Positions 24,650 through 39,149 are shown, counted from the whole stretch's first letter. The stretch: DNA of 59,255 bases, filler included, from Basidiobolus ranarum (GCA_040143965.1; 11 parts of 11 records of this genome joined end to end with filler, not necessarily neighbours in it), one strand, 5' to 3'. The notes: generated by a model from the letters alone, not told the origin. Made by a program: numbers and translations.

Positions 24650-26370
24650 TCCAATAATAGTCATATGACCATATTCCATGGAAGGTCAGATAATTAGAGT
24701 GAGAGTACAAGTCATTACTCATCTGATACATCAGTTTAAGTATGAGTGTAGGAGTATCCCCCACAATAAACCTCAGTCCAGGTTTGGTGAAAACAATACT
24801 AGCCTATTCCATCCTCTGTAATACTTAGCAACTTAAGAATAATAATATCAGCAGCAGCAAGCACCTATCCTCCATTGTGAAGAAGAACCTTTGATATGTC
24901 TGAAACATCTGAAAGGTGATCTGCCCTAAAACAGATTGTTACCATTAACAGGCAGTCTCTAATTCTGTATCTTTTGATCTAGCTACAGCAAGGAATTGCT
25001 ATTGTTAACAAGAGCCTACCAGGACTAACCATGTCAAAGTTGAACAGTACTATGTCAAAGTCATTAAGAATCTCGGAACTCAGATCTCTCAGCTATAAAA
25101 AGCCTTGAAATCCAGAGTAGTTCAAGATGCAAGCAAGCTACATATGTAGCCTGCTATTTGATCAATTCAGTCCCTGAATGGTATCATAATAGTGCAAGAT
25201 CAGTAGCTGCTGGCAAACTATCACCAAATTCTACCTGGTAACTGTTTACCCAAGAGATTCAAGATGGCTTTGAAACATTGAATTGTCAGTTACTATTTTG
25301 ACATAAACCAAGGCAGTTGAAGCAAGGGGAGAGTGTGCAGGAATATATCTACCAATTGGGAAGCTCAATGGGCCAGATCAGCAGTATACATCAGCAAAAT
25401 CAAGTGCAACACTTGGTGAATAGGCAATCAAAATTGCAATCACATAAAACACAGTCATGTATGGAGCAAGAAAACCATACATAATGGAGAGCAGACAACA
25501 CCATAATTACCCCAGGTGGCCAATGGAAGGATATCCCATAGAGATTGATTTCATTAATGGAGGGCCCACTATGGGAAATATAAGCAAAGACAATTGTGCT
25601 TGACATGCTCTATGAAGGCACATAATGCAGATCTTGTCTAGACAGACACAAAAGGAAAGTGTGGAGAGTTTTTACATTGTTGAGAATATGGCAGAACCAG
25701 AAAGCAATCAGGAAGAAGAAGCTGAGGCCACTTTCTATCAACAGCTAAACACTTTTGCAGTGCCAATAAGAATAAAAGAAGACTTCAAAGACCAAACGGA
25801 GTATTAATCAAAGAACATCCAGAATAATGATTGACTCTTCTGCATCACCTGAAAACATATCATCGCAATTTGCCAATCAAGTAGGATTCTGCTCAGAGCC
25901 TACTTCAATCAGCAGAGTAGCATGATCTACAAGCTTACATGTTTGAGAGCTGTAAGCTTCTCTTAATGTGTGGAAAGACTGGGCTATTTCACAGTAGTCC
26001 AAAATTGACAGGAGAATCTATGAGATTACATTGACCAAAGAAGGCAAGACTTATCAGCTTACCCAAGCTAATATGGAATATAACCATATCAAGACCAGCC
26101 ACAAGGGTGATATGTCTGCCCAAAAGAGTGAGTTTAGCCAAGCTCTAGAGCAGAATCAACAGATGTATCCAATTGCTGTGTTGTAGCACAAGGCATCAAA
26201 TGCTATGCCAAATACAAGGACTCAAGTATCACAGAAATATCCAGATATATTTACAGATGAAGTGACTTAGCAGACATCTACCAGAGAAGTGGATGATGTA
26301 ACTCATACAGGAGTTGGTGAACCTATAAGCCAAGCATCCTATCACATGAGTCCCCTGAACCTACCACAAG
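24650..26370 (+). mobile_element. Ty3/gypsy relic: gag, protease and pre-RT region
   Basis: RQLKQG...SVQEYI (~25312), IMIDSSAS..NISSQFANQVG (~25824), KYPDIFTDE...EPISQASYHMSP (~26235-26355). Confidence 0.7.
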
Positions 26371-26399
26371 TTAATAGAATGTAAGGGCACTTCTTATAA

Positions 26400-26908
26400 A
26401 ACAAGAGATCACTGATGATATGGAAATGATGGTACATATTCAAACTTGAGAGGCCATTCAGTGTATCCTTGGCTTTCTTAATCAATATGAACAATGGGTC
26501 TTCAGATCAGAGCTTGCAGATGTCTTCATGGAATGTAATTAAGCTAGGCAGAGAAAGAGTAGTTGCACTAATTTGAGGTTGGTGGGGCTTCAGTAAGGAA
26601 GTATTTTGCTGGCCAAAGGCCTCATCCCTTTCTTTAGGGTGATATTCTGCTCTACATCATTTGGCATCAGATTTTCCTTGCTGGCTACCTGGTTGCTATA
26701 TAATCACAAAATCAAAACTGGCAAGAAATAATCACAATATTGCTTGATGACTATTGAGAACTTTGGTTGTACTAAAAACTGAAGATTCTGCTGATCACCA
26801 TTGACTGCACTTGTGTGAGTTGCTCCATCCAAGTATTGTCACCACTGTTCAAATGCAGCAATAATTGCTAATAGTTCCTTGTCATAGATGTCATAGCTGA
26901 TTTCTGCT
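26400..26908 (-). mobile_element. Ty3/gypsy RNase H fragment (Tf2-like)
   Basis: AEISYDIYDKELLAIIAAFEQW*QYLDGA...DQQNLQF...FLASFDFVII*QPG.QQGKSDA. Confidence 0.88.
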
Positions 26909-27199
26909 NNNNNNNNNNNNNNNNNNNNNNNNNNNNNNNNNNNNNNNNNNNNTTAATTAATTAANNNNNNNNNNNNNNNNNNNNNNNNNNNNNNNNNNNN
27001 NNNNNNNNTAAGTCTTTCTTGACGCCATCTATCCTCAACTTTCATAACAGCAATCAGCTGAATTCAGCCATGCTCAATGAGTTAATAGATGACTTCTATT
27101 CCAGAGCTTACCTCTCGCAACAGTCACGGCTAAAAGGCAGCTGGCTCGTGATTGGATAGATGGGTGGTGATGAAGTTGTGCACGCCAATGATTGGTCAG

Positions 27200-29700
27200 T
27201 AATTAGGGTTTAAGTTGGGAACACGAACATTGGTTTGTCAACGCTGTGGCTATTTTTGATATCTAGTGCGATTCTGTGGCAATTTGGAGCTTGCAACATA
27301 ATGATTTGAGAGGGACAAACACAGTAATTTCTTCACCAACAACGATTCTTGTTTCATCATTAGATCTGGAGATAAAGAGATGGGATGATAGAGTGATTTT
27401 GTACTCTCCGCATAACCGAGTATGCATCACTTGCACAGCTACAAGACAGCGGAGGTCAGACAAGAAAACCTAGAATAGTCGGAGTGTCAGTTGCGAGACA
27501 CCACAATAAACGAAGAATTGGGTTTTTGGAGTGTTGCGATATCGGTATTGTTACGTAGAAACTACCAATTATGCACCTAATCCGAGAATTTCACGGGACT
27601 AATTGCAAATAGTAGGTGCTTTACAGCAAGATTGTGGGGTTTAACGAAGCTTATTTGAGAATATTGGATTCATACGGAACAACTCCAATATTCTTTATCT
27701 GCATTCAGGGAGTGGTGTGCGAGCATGTTCTCATGAGCATGCTACCAGTGGTCTAGCTTCAATAGCCAGAGGCATTGGATACTTTGTATAGCCAGCCACG
27801 GCTCTAAAAATAATCACTACATCACATAGTGACTCCATTGGGGGTCATCTGAGACTATGATGCACCCAGGTGGAATCCATATTTAGATCATTACGATTGC
27901 ATTTGAGGATGAGGTATTTTAGGGGATTCCTATCGAAACACGGTAGATTCTATCTGGGTGCGATTGTTCTTCATCAATACCATGAATGCCGTGGGCATGA
28001 GCGTATTGCACTATGCTAGGATATCATATCAAGGCAATGGAGGGCCCATGAATCTGGCATCGGTCGCATATATTCATGCATGCATCTCACTCCTGACTAC
28101 CACAATCTATATCAAAGCAGCAGTGTTTCTAGATGGCCAAGTTAGGCCACCCGATGGGCAGATGACATCGAGCACCCCCGAAATTGTTCCTAGGGGTTGC
28201 TAACCTCCTTAAGGAGCTCCAGCACAATTTCGGCTTTGGATGCTGACGCTTGCAATACAATATCGCTAATAAATCTAGAAGTCGATCATTTCTTTCCAGA
28301 AATAGAATAATCGTTTTGAATGAACCAGATGGGAACCTATTTTCATTTGTGGGTTCCACCATCAAATTAATAAATATCCATCCACTGCTTCATGGGAAAA
28401 TGAAATCGTTCTATATTTTTGTTGTGACTCTAAGGAAAGCCTGCCCAAATCAGATACTGAATATTCCATCTTGCAAATTAATCGACTTCCCAGATAATCT
28501 TGTGCCGTGTACCGGTATTTTGAAGGAACTCCTGTTGCACCATGTGGGAGCACAGATACTGGAATTTGGATTACGTTGCATTCATTAGTTGAGTGGGATT
28601 CGGCCATGCTGCTTGTTGAAATCTACATATCAATATATCGCCATGGGCAAGTTGTCTTCACTTGGGTTAGAATTCTAGACCAGGATGGCTCACTATAGTC
28701 TACATCCATTAATGGCCCTCATGTCTTCAGAAAAAGGGACCAACCTATGGTTTTGAAGCCTCCAGCCGAAAGCATTCTACGCCAGTTAGCTGATTCAGTA
28801 TGGAGAAGTGCTTTCTGGCTCGAACCATTCTGCCAATCATGTGCTACTGGCAAGATAAAGTGTAATCAACCCGATTATTCTAGATTATCTTATGATTCGA
28901 AAGTGCCATCTTGAAACATGAATTGAGTTTGATCAGGCGAAGTTGCTTATCAATATCGCTGCTGAGATCCAAGCACTCCTTAAATGGAGGCCTATAGCAG
29001 TCAGTAATTTTACCCATCATCTGTTTCTCCTTCGTCATACACTAGTATAGCTCATGTTGCAAGACTCGAATTTAGTGCAGTCTATGTTCTGCTCCAATCT
29101 GTTTCATGCTGGATTTCTTCTCACCTAACACGGCAGTGAAACTACCTGCTCTTGAATCCCTTCAATCATCTTCTGAGTGGAGGGCATGATTATTGGAGAT
29201 GCTGAAAATCGACAATGCAATGCTGTTGAGCGTTGCACCGTTGCTGGTTTGTAGATATTCTTTCAGCATTAAACTACAATATGTACTCCCAATGTGCATA
29301 TATTTTTCACTACGTGGTGTAGAGGTCGATATTCATAGGTCTGCATCCAGACGTAACATTAATATCCAGTATAATAGAGAGCGCTTTTGGACTTACAAAT
29401 GAATTCCTAAGCAAACTAAGAGCAGAGTAATGATCGCATTTCTTTTCTGCCATATTTACCACATATTTAAATCATCCCTTGGATTCATCGAAATGCGTTT
29501 CGGGGACACTATAGACCAGTACTTGTTTTCCATCTCCTGTGTGAATGGGTGGGTTCAAATTAAGATCATTCCTGACAACTCAAAAAGACGAGCATTCATT
29601 TGTTTCGCCATTGCACGTTTTAATCCCTCTAGCATGTGTTATTGACTGTACAAAGATCAAAGGTTGAACTCCGCATGAAACTCCGAGTTTCCTTTTTACT
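27200..29700 (-). mobile_element. Highly degenerate L1-like LINE relic
   Basis: QYLIWAGFP...FHFP (post-RT FxW...P..GG region) and RLCGE...SHLFIS (C-terminal zinc-finger-like); very fragmentary. Confidence 0.35.
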
Positions 29701-30959
29701 TAATACTATACGGTATGGAACACACAGGAGGTAGTTTATCACGGCTAACTGGATTCACCTCGTCCACGTTGGCTGGATAATACTCCTGAAGCAGGCCTTT
29801 CATGTATCTTCATTGGATATGATCAGTAAAATATTCCGAAGAATGTCAAACACCAGTGTTGATATCAAACCAGTAATTTATTTTTACTTGCGGTAGGCAT
29901 AATAATTGTTTACTCCTCAGTTATGCCTAAATCTTTCACCAAGTATACCAAGTGTCATGAATTTTAATTAGTTCATGCTACCCACAAAAACTTCAAATGG
30001 CTATATCCATCATGCTGAATATGTAATTAGCAAGTTACGCGACGAGAGATTTGATAGGATATTTAAGTGTACCGGCCAAGTGATAAGTGATTGAAACTTG
30101 ATAACTTTCCAGAAAGTATTCCCATGCTGTGGGTTACTAGATTATCACCTGTTAATGACTTTTCATGAATAATGTAAAATAGGGGATTATATACAGTTAT
30201 TACATCGATACATTCTGGATGCGAATTTGAGAGTTGAATATTGTCTAAGAAAATTCTCATAGATGAGAATCTCAAGGAGATGGAAAGTGTTTAAACGAGG
30301 TTATTGTGAGCTTGAGAGATATTCATCAATGGATATGAATGGATGTGCTTACACTTTGGAAGAGAATACTGAAAAATGATGAGGTTATGCATCCAAATCG
30401 AAGTTTCATGCTAGAAGAAAGTACCTTAACACTTAACATCGCTTCGCTAGGAAAGCCACTAACACTACATATTATGCAGAGCATGGTAGCACTTTGCTAC
30501 ATATTATGTGGTTCAAAATCAGAACATAAAGATATGAGCTTTATGGATACTGCAAGTACAAGAAATGTTGAGATTTGTATTTCAGAATAACCTTATACTC
30601 ATTTTTCTTCAACCTACATTAAACACATGATTACGTTACTTGTTTACATTACTATATTGAATAGTATTGACAGCCACTATATTTACTTTCGTTTGAAGTT
30701 TATTACCTTCGTCATAAAGATTTACTCATCTTAATTTATCCAACTATTCCACATAACACGTAAGTATTTTAACTTTGTCTGGTGAAGTAGCACATAGCTG
30801 AATATTGGATCTTATATTCGATCAGTATGGGAATTTTCAAATAATTAACCCTATTAAATTCGAAATTGAAATTAGAACCAAATTGATCTCTAAATTGCCC
30901 ATTTCAATAAGTTAAATACTGTTAATAATATTGTATTCTTGATGGAGCTAAAATATTGC

Positions 30960-31288
30960 TTGTTGTGAAAATATCAAGTCTGTGGGGGAAGTTTGAGTTG
31001 CAGTAATAGTTTGATCATTGATGATAGGATGCCCAGGTTACTATTCCTGATAGCTACATTATCCTCGGTACATACAATCATAAGACCTACATTTAAGATA
31101 AGTATGAAGCTTTGGTCATTAAGGGTCATTAAGTAAATACCAAAATATACTCTACTTAGTTGGAAATGAAATTTTTCCAAATAGAAGTCTTCATAGTATA
31201 CAAGTTTTTGAAAGACTTAGTTAGTAGTTCCTGCAATCAACACAAATTTGCAGAATGCTCACAATCCACAACATCATCAAGCTGAATC
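30960..31288 (-). mobile_element. Copia RT fragment
   Basis: VVDCEHSANLC*LQ...YLEKFHFQLSRVYFGIY...FILILNV, matching the FVD..HP..VC.L / D.GIY / YVDD region. Confidence 0.55.
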
Positions 31289-31925
31289 TGTTGAAATTAG
31301 CATTGACTAAGCACCTATATAGTCATATAGAGCTCAGTATTTAGTTACACTGTATTTTACTGAGATATTACCCATTGTTCTCAATTGCAACTTAGAATAT
31401 TTTTACCAACCCAGAAGTTCTCAGATACAAAGATTTCTCAAGCTTGTGCTAAAGACCCCAAGCTTTGTATACATGTCTCTAGGACCTTCCTAAGCACACT
31501 TTATATGTTAGTTTGTCTACAGATTGACAAAACTATAAATGTGAATTTTCAACTCAATAAATCAATTAATTTAGCAACCAATAGCTATAATTTTCCAAAC
31601 CACTTCCTGCTGGTTCCCAAATACTTTAACAGGTTATCAGCCTCAGGCTTGCACTCTCTGTAATGTCTACTCTTCCAATCTCTGGAACATTTCCCTCTTT
31701 TGAAAATTTTGAAGCAACCAATTATCAACTTGGCAAATTTAAGATGAAAAAGCAGCTGCAAGAAAGAAGACTTTGGGACACTGCGGCAAGAGAAGAAAAC
31801 AATGGACAACTATTTGAAACCAAAGCTTTACTCCATGTTAAAAAAGAACAAAGTTCTTTCAACACAACTTGTTCAACAAGAAAGAAGTGTTTTGAAAACC
31901 ATTTGTCTCAATGTTAATAATGAAT
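31289..31925 (+). mobile_element. Family A LTR (31289-31631), PBS and gag start
   Basis: LTR homologous to 13686-14031; GGTTATCAGCCTC at 31632; NYQLGKFKMKKQLQERRLWD. Confidence 0.9.
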
Positions 31926-31940
31926 TGCTAACTGAATATT

Positions 31941-32270
31941 TGTGGAGGATCCTGACATAATGGGGGTAGACTTTGGGTATTAGAAGCAACTTATGATAGT
32001 GTGTTTTAGTTACTTTATTCTTAAGAGTACATGGTGACTCATATAGTAGAAAAGTAAATCAATTATTTGAGATATTCAGGAGTTTGTGTAATAAGATAAA
32101 ATAGATAAGTGGGGGTAATAAGATATACTTGTTATATAGATATAGAGATATTCCTATTTAGAATATAGGGGCTATAGATACGTTGCTTTCTGTTTCTGAT
32201 ATATGTATCATAACTAAAGTTAACTATGATGTTGAATAAAGATTAATTATCCAACACCTTCCCTTAATTC
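31941..32270. mobile_element. Family B LTR fragment (31941-32090) abutting a different minus-strand LTR with PPT (~32090-32268)
   Basis: First part matches 4621-4770. Second part ends CCAACA followed by CCTTCCCTTAA (minus-strand PPT plus TGTTGG). Confidence 0.65.
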
Positions 32271-32657
32271 TTATTTGGCATTGTGCTTATATTCACTAAT
32301 GCCTNNNNNNNNNNNNNNNNNNNNNNNNNNNNNNNNNNNNNNNNNNNNTTAATTAATTAANNNNNNNNNNNNNNNNNNNNNNNNNNNNNNNNNNNNNNNN
32401 NNNNACCCCTATGGTGATAATACAAACAAATACCCCTGCATCTCTTTCACCCCCCCCCCCCCCTCCTCTCACCTTGCCCCTTCCTCTCATACCCCTGTCT
32501 GGGTTTATATTACAATCACTTGACTCATAAATTCATTTCTCTCTCGCAATCATATACCAGATGTTTACTTCTTTTTCACTCCAAGAAGATGCGAGTTGAA
32601 TGTTGAAGAAGCCTTTATTCCCTATAATTACAAAATAAAGGAAGTGATTTTGGATTA

Positions 32658-33562
32658 CTACAAAATCAACGGAATGATAGCTTTTCTAGAAGTAGGATAT
32701 TGAATAAAAGTAGTCTTATACCATTGATGAATTTGAATAGCTCTAGGAATAAGATTAGAAGCAGTACATAAAGCGAATAAAAAAGCGGGTATAGAATTTG
32801 TAGCGATAGCATATCCAGACCATTCCAAAATTTCAAAAAAATAATGTGGACAAGAAAGATAATTAAAATAAAGACCATATGGAATTTTATACTTATTCTT
32901 CTCTTTATCCACATGATAATTACTTCGAAGTTTCATCAGTATATTATCGGATTGAATGTTCCCTATTAATCCTAATAAAAATATTGATACTCCAAGTAAA
33001 AAATGACCAGATAATAAATGGGATTTCGGATAATATCCAAATACTCCTACCCAACGTCCATTCATATACCCATTTCCAATATTGAAAAATATCCCGCTTA
33101 GAAATGGTATCACTGGAATGGGTGAACGGTAGGGTGAACGCCAGACTGTTATGAACGACCGATTGATGTAATGTGTCAACCATAGTCCCAAAAATATATA
33201 GCTGGTCAACGTGGGTTGAGGAGATTGTGTCGAAGAAGTCACAAAGAACGATAGTAAATACACTATAGGTGATACAGCCTCCATAATCATCCAACCAAGC
33301 TTTCCGGGTACTGTACCTAACGGTACATTGTTGGCAAGCATTCCTGTCAATTCATATATACAAAATATCGTCAATTTCTAGTACAGTCTAGGATAAAGTT
33401 ATGAACTTCTTTTGAGTTACCATATGGTGAAGTGAATACACAGGAAAATACAATTGCAATCACTGGAAACAATACATAAAAGTACACCACTCGATTAAGA
33501 AGTAAGACTTCTGGATCTTGTACGTCATAATGGGTATGGTTGGCAAAGGAAAGGAATTCCAT
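32658..33562 (-). CDS. 3-oxo-5-alpha-steroid 4-dehydrogenase (SRD5A1/DET2 family), 2 exons
   Basis: SPYG, GWMIMEA, HYINRS, FNIGNGYMNG, NIQSDNILMKLR, YKIPYG, SCPHYFFEILEWSGYA, NLIPRA...HQWY, RKAIIP. Intron ~33344-33420. Confidence 0.93.
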
Positions 33563-34245
33563 TACGAGGAATTCGACAAGTGTCTAGAGTTCCAGAAATT
33601 AAGGGACTAAGGAAGATATACTTTTATCCATCTTAAATTATATCATGCTATACCCCTCAAGCGAATATTTAGGTAACCCAAGTATAACGTTTGGGGTGAT
33701 GATAATAATCATTCCCAAAAAGCAAACTATAAAAGGATGCTGAAAAGGTGATAAAAGCAGTCTGCCTATGTGTTACTGAGTTGAAATAGAAGTTTGACTC
33801 AAGGCAACAAATTTAATTTATTAATACAATATCATTTGATAAACTTTAGGTGTTGAACAACATATTAGGATTTTGGTGCGTTTGTGGATCTAAAACGATT
33901 GGAATTTTCAAAAGATTTAACAAGCGAAGAATTTCAGGAATTGGCAGTGATTTTCCATAGGAACGAGTTTCAGGAGTCCAGCAGTGGGCTGAATTTCTAT
34001 AGCCAAAGGAGATGCAGGGGACTGTATCGTCCTTTTCATTGTATGAACAGTAAGATAGAAATGCGAAAGAGAGGGGAAATAATTATAGTTCAAGGGAGCT
34101 CGCATTGTCATAGAGGTATTCAATCGTGTAAAGATGCTATATTACAATATGCAATGGCAAACTCCTGTCTTTACAAAGGACGGTGATTTCACCTGTAAAA
34201 TTTCATAGGAATAGTAGTTATTTTTACAAATAATTGTTGGTCAAC

Positions 34246-37200
34246 TTAGAAGCCATAATATCCCGAATAGAATGACGATGGTCCCCTTCTTCCCCCGCGT
34301 CCGCTGCTATTGTTAGTTGGAATAGGCCCTGGCGTTTGAAATTGAAGATGGGTCTGGTCAGACTCGGGCCAATAATTCAATTTGGGATTATTTTTGATAT
34401 GTGTACGGCTGACATTGTTGTTTAGCCCTAAGAAACAAGTCAATATACATGTAAATTGCTGGTTGAAATATAGGCTCGACTTACATTGAAGCGGAGAGTC
34501 GTCCATTGTAGCGCCATCATGTGAATTCCAAATATTCCCGATGGATTGTGGGGTTGATTGCGAAATACTCCGGTCCAAAGGTGTGCTTGAAAGCCTACGA
34601 TGCTGGTAGGGCGATTGGTTTATCGTTTGAGGTTGTTGATACTGAGACACATTCAAACTGGTATACGTGTTGCGTCGTTGGGTATTGGATTCAAATACTC
34701 CACCGACGTCTATATCAAAGAGACTATAACTTCGGGTATCCCTGGTTGATCTAAAATCAGAAATGGGCTGAGATACACTGTGAGACGAACGCCTCGGTGC
34801 GGGATCGTTGCCACTAGGTACTGAAAATCCAACTGGAGCCATGGAGGTGGTTTGGGATGCCTCTAGAAAATCTGCGAGCAGTTGCTGAGCCTGTGGCAAC
34901 TTTTGTGCATCACGTCGTTCATACTGGAAAACGAAAGTACAAGAGCCCAGCTCATTCGAATTGTGTATCATAGAAAGAGGAGGAAACTCTTTAGATGCAA
35001 CAAGGGTGATATTGAATTCATATTTAATCTGACGGGTTAATTCTTCGAAATATTCACTTTCAATGATGCTCATGAGCTTTGGTACCAGAGATAAACGTAT
35101 GTGTACTTCTTCGACACCCGTTTCCTACAAGATGAAAAAGCTGGTTAGATTGCATTAAATTGGAGATTCAGCGAGTAGATTCGTACCTGAGCTATTGAAA
35201 AGTTATTAGCTTCATTAATGTCGTAGCTATGATGAGGATAGTTGGATTCCTGTCGTGCCTGGGGTTTGAGAGATGATGGCATAAGGTGGGGTGAGACTGC
35301 TCTAGTGCTAAAGCCGGGATCACTATACCATTCCTTGTCTTTACTGCCGTTCTCTATCATGTCAAGAATGGCTTGCTTGAAGTTGAAAAGATTGATGACG
35401 TTTTTAGCAGGGGTACGAGCAACCACATTATCGCCAGAATCAACTGACGCTCCTAGAGCTGTAAACTCTTCAGCAGTGGAAAATTTGACGTAGACACCGA
35501 ATTGCTTCATAATTCTTTGAATATTCTTTCCACCCACGCCTATAATACGTTTGTGATAAGCTTCAGGAACAAAGAAGGAAAGTTCGGCAGGCAACTCTTC
35601 CTAAATGGATTGGATAGATGGTTAATATCTTGCCAATTCAAAGATGATGATTGGAGCACACATACTTGTAGCAATTCAAGGCCGCTCAATGTTTTCGAGC
35701 ATTGGGGGCTATAGACGTTTATGAAGAAAGTATATTCATTGGAGTTCTCGAAACCGATTTTCACGTTGGTAATCTTCATAATCTTGTTCACTTTGCCATT
35801 CTTCTTTCCACTAATGAACTCTCGGTGATCGCTTGCTAGTTCAATTTGGGTCTTGCACTCCTTTTGAAAGAGCTGTGACAAACACGGTATTTAGAGTTAG
35901 CCATCACCCATGTCATATGAAATGGGTTCGTTTAATTTACCTTAAATGCGAACTCTCTTTCCAGAGCTTTCAGGGCGTCTTTCAATGGATCCGGTTGGCC
36001 AGAGATTTCAAAGCAATAATTCTGATATTTGATCTCAGCCCCGGATGTTTTACAGATATTGAATATGAGTTCGTTTAATTGATGTTGAGCGGGTAATTGT
36101 ATTGGTTGGCTACTGGGGATATTGTTTTCTAGCCAAAGCCATCCAGAGAACACATCGCTGGTCTGTTAAACTGTAAGATTAGAGCCAATCACGGATCAGT
36201 TTGGATGGATATGAAATTACCATATGTGTGACTCCTTTGATGGTTCTCGATATTTCATGCTCACTTTGACCATAAATGGTAATCGATGACTTTTTCGAGT
36301 TGGCGGATGGGAATATGATGGAGGTTCCATTATCCTCCATGACGTTTAGTAGATCTTGATATTTTAAGATCGGCAGCCAATCTAGTTTTCTAGGTTGCAA
36401 TGGAAATTGGCGAGTTATCAATGTACGTTCCTATTAGAAGTAACAATAAGCAACGTTTCAAAATTAGTCAGGACATGTACACTGTCACTTACAGCCTGCC
36501 GCGCGGTCTCCAAGAAAGACTCAACTGCTCGGACAGTATTTGACTCTTCCCCGACGATCAGAATCTTGCCCTCATGCTGATCAAGCGAGTGAGTGTCGAG
36601 TAGGTTTCCGTAATAGCGAGGGAGATGGATTTTAGTGTGGGTCTCTTTCTCGAGAGCTTTGAGGAATGCTTTTTTAACCCCACAGACAATGTTGATCAGA
36701 TGTGTGGGCATCCCGAACTCCTCTACATGCAGTCCATCCTAAAACATCCAAGGGTATGAGAAACTGACAAATAGAAGACGTGGATATTATGCTAAATTAC
36801 CGCAGCTGCAATCATGGTGACTAACTCTATACGCGCTCCTTCCACATCATCAGGTTTACCCTGAATGCTAATGTAAACTGAGTTAAGCTGGCTATGTGTG
36901 CTATCAGATCGAGTGTCGGAGTCTGGAAATTCGATGATAACATTTCGCAAACGCATGATGTCTTCTATTTTCCGGTGGAATTCTGACTTGACAACTCCAT
37001 CGGAAGCCAAGGTATCATTACAGATAAATTTATACAAAACGGAAGCCTACAAGGGGCGGGATCATATGGTTAGTATCAAGGGTGAATTGGTGAGTAACAT
37101 AGGCAACAGTACCTCGGAAGGGTATTTTTTTAGTATGGATCTCTGCGCAGAAATAACTTGAAGCGATGGACCTGACAAAAACACTACATAGTGAGACTGC

Positions 37201-37394
37201 TTATTCGGAGACATCAAGTCACAGTTGTTATTGTCGAGTGTCGATGATTGCAACTGATATGCGCAGTTCTCTACAACGCGGTCGCAGAGCACATTCAGTT
37301 TGTTCAACGGAAGTCCCAGAAATTCTACACTGTCGTAGAGTGAGCTCCGCACGACTGGCTGGGTCAAGCAAAAGGCAAGTGAAGCCTGGTCCAT
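34246..37394 (-). CDS. Multi-KH-domain RNA-binding protein, Khd4/Mug60-like, multi-exon
   Basis: DHREFISGKKNGKVNKIMK, LPAELSFFVPEAYHKRIIGVGGKNIQRIMKQFGVYVKFS, DNVVARTPAKN; S/Q-rich C-terminus; many GT-AG introns. Confidence 0.88.
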
Positions 37395-39149
37395 GGATCT
37401 GACAGAATTTCTAAGAGGTATTTTTGGGTGACTGGGTACAGAAAGGAATATTTAAGTAGAGATACCACCGCAGGATAGGAGCATACAGTGGAGAGTAAAT
37501 GCGAGTAAGGTAAATTCAACAATGGCAATCTATTGTTCGATTCGATGCTACCTGGTCCATAGTTAAATAGTAGAAATTGCTCCCCCGGCCCCGCCCCGAG
37601 CGCCATGGCGCGTTTTTTTAATTTTTTGGTATTGGATGTTGTGGGGTGTGCCGGTATTTTTTTTTTTTCAGCATTTTTTATTTTGTGGAAGCAATTGANN
37701 NNNNNNNNNNNNNNNNNNNNNNNNNNNNNNNNNNNNNNNNNNTTAATTAATTAANNNNNNNNNNNNNNNNNNNNNNNNNNNNNNNNNNNNNNNNNNNNAG
37801 CAATTTCATTACACCTGGTTAACATCTGAAAACTCCAATGCCACCAAAAAGCATTCAAAATCTAAGTCAAAATGGGCTTTCAGGTAAAGCCTGTTGGCAC
37901 AAAATGAAAAACAAACTAGAAAGAATCAAGTACTCAATTGACAAGCAGTCTGGTTACCCAATATCAAGTTTGAAAGGCATTAAGATGCTGAGGGTTGAAC
38001 CATGCCATATTAAAGCATTGATCATCTCACCAGATGTGTTCCTCCCTAGCTCTGGTGCAAGTGAAGAGATTACAGTCACCCAATTATGTAGTAAATCAGT
38101 AGGCAAGCAAAGTCTAATGGAAACACTATCATGCCTATGAGCTTCTAAAATGCCTTCTTTGCCAACAATTGAACACCCCTGTGTAGACAATTTAGATAGA
38201 ATCATCACAACCAGGGAACTGCAGGCAGCACACTGTAACAATTTGTATGCAATCATAAGTAAAAACATCAACATTGCTATACAGGCCATGACATGCTAAA
38301 ATGCAGCAATATTGCAATTAGTGTAGCATTCTGCAGTAACTGTTAATCAGTTCAGGAGTCACTCAACTATGATACAAGACTTTCAGAATGCTGTACTTGA
38401 ACTACAGCAACATGTTGCTCCCTCTGTCTATTCTCATATGGGATTTCAATCAATCCTACACCATATATATGATTCTCACTGTCATAATATACCAGAGCTG
38501 AATATGTGTTTGACCATTAAGCCTACACATTAAACTAAAATTGCTTGGGCACATTAGAATAGAAATCTTATAGGAAAGCCAGCAAACCAAAAGACTCTGA
38601 ATGTCAGAGCTGCTATCACTTGCTCTGATGATAGTGGTTCAAAATTTTGGAAACTGTGCAGAATCTTGCCCAAAACCACCTAGATTTGAGCCATTTGTGG
38701 AAAAACCAATTACCAGGTGTTACTTAGAAGGTTCTTGACTTATTTCATGTGGCTTATCCTGGGTCTTTGCAAGCAAATGGCAATTGGGCTAGTATAGGTC
38801 TACTCATAAAACATGTCAAAGATGTACACCAATTTAGACTTGAAAGAACTAAAAACAGCTAAAGATATACTCAAGGTGAAGGAAGTTATTCAACCTAAAG
38901 GAAAAGCACAGCAGCCCTTGAGTTTAGGCTCTATGGTCCCACATGCCATATTCAGATCTGTTTTCCAGCATCAGATATACCAGCAGATATACTGGCAAAA
39001 GGCTAAATTTTACCATGCAACCAAGTACACTATTTGGAAGAGTGCTGAAGTTGGAAGTTTATCTAACACCTGCCTCCTTTCAACAACCAAAATGCCAGCA
39101 GAAACATATAAATGTTTTATCTTTGAACAATACATCATTATCTCACAAG

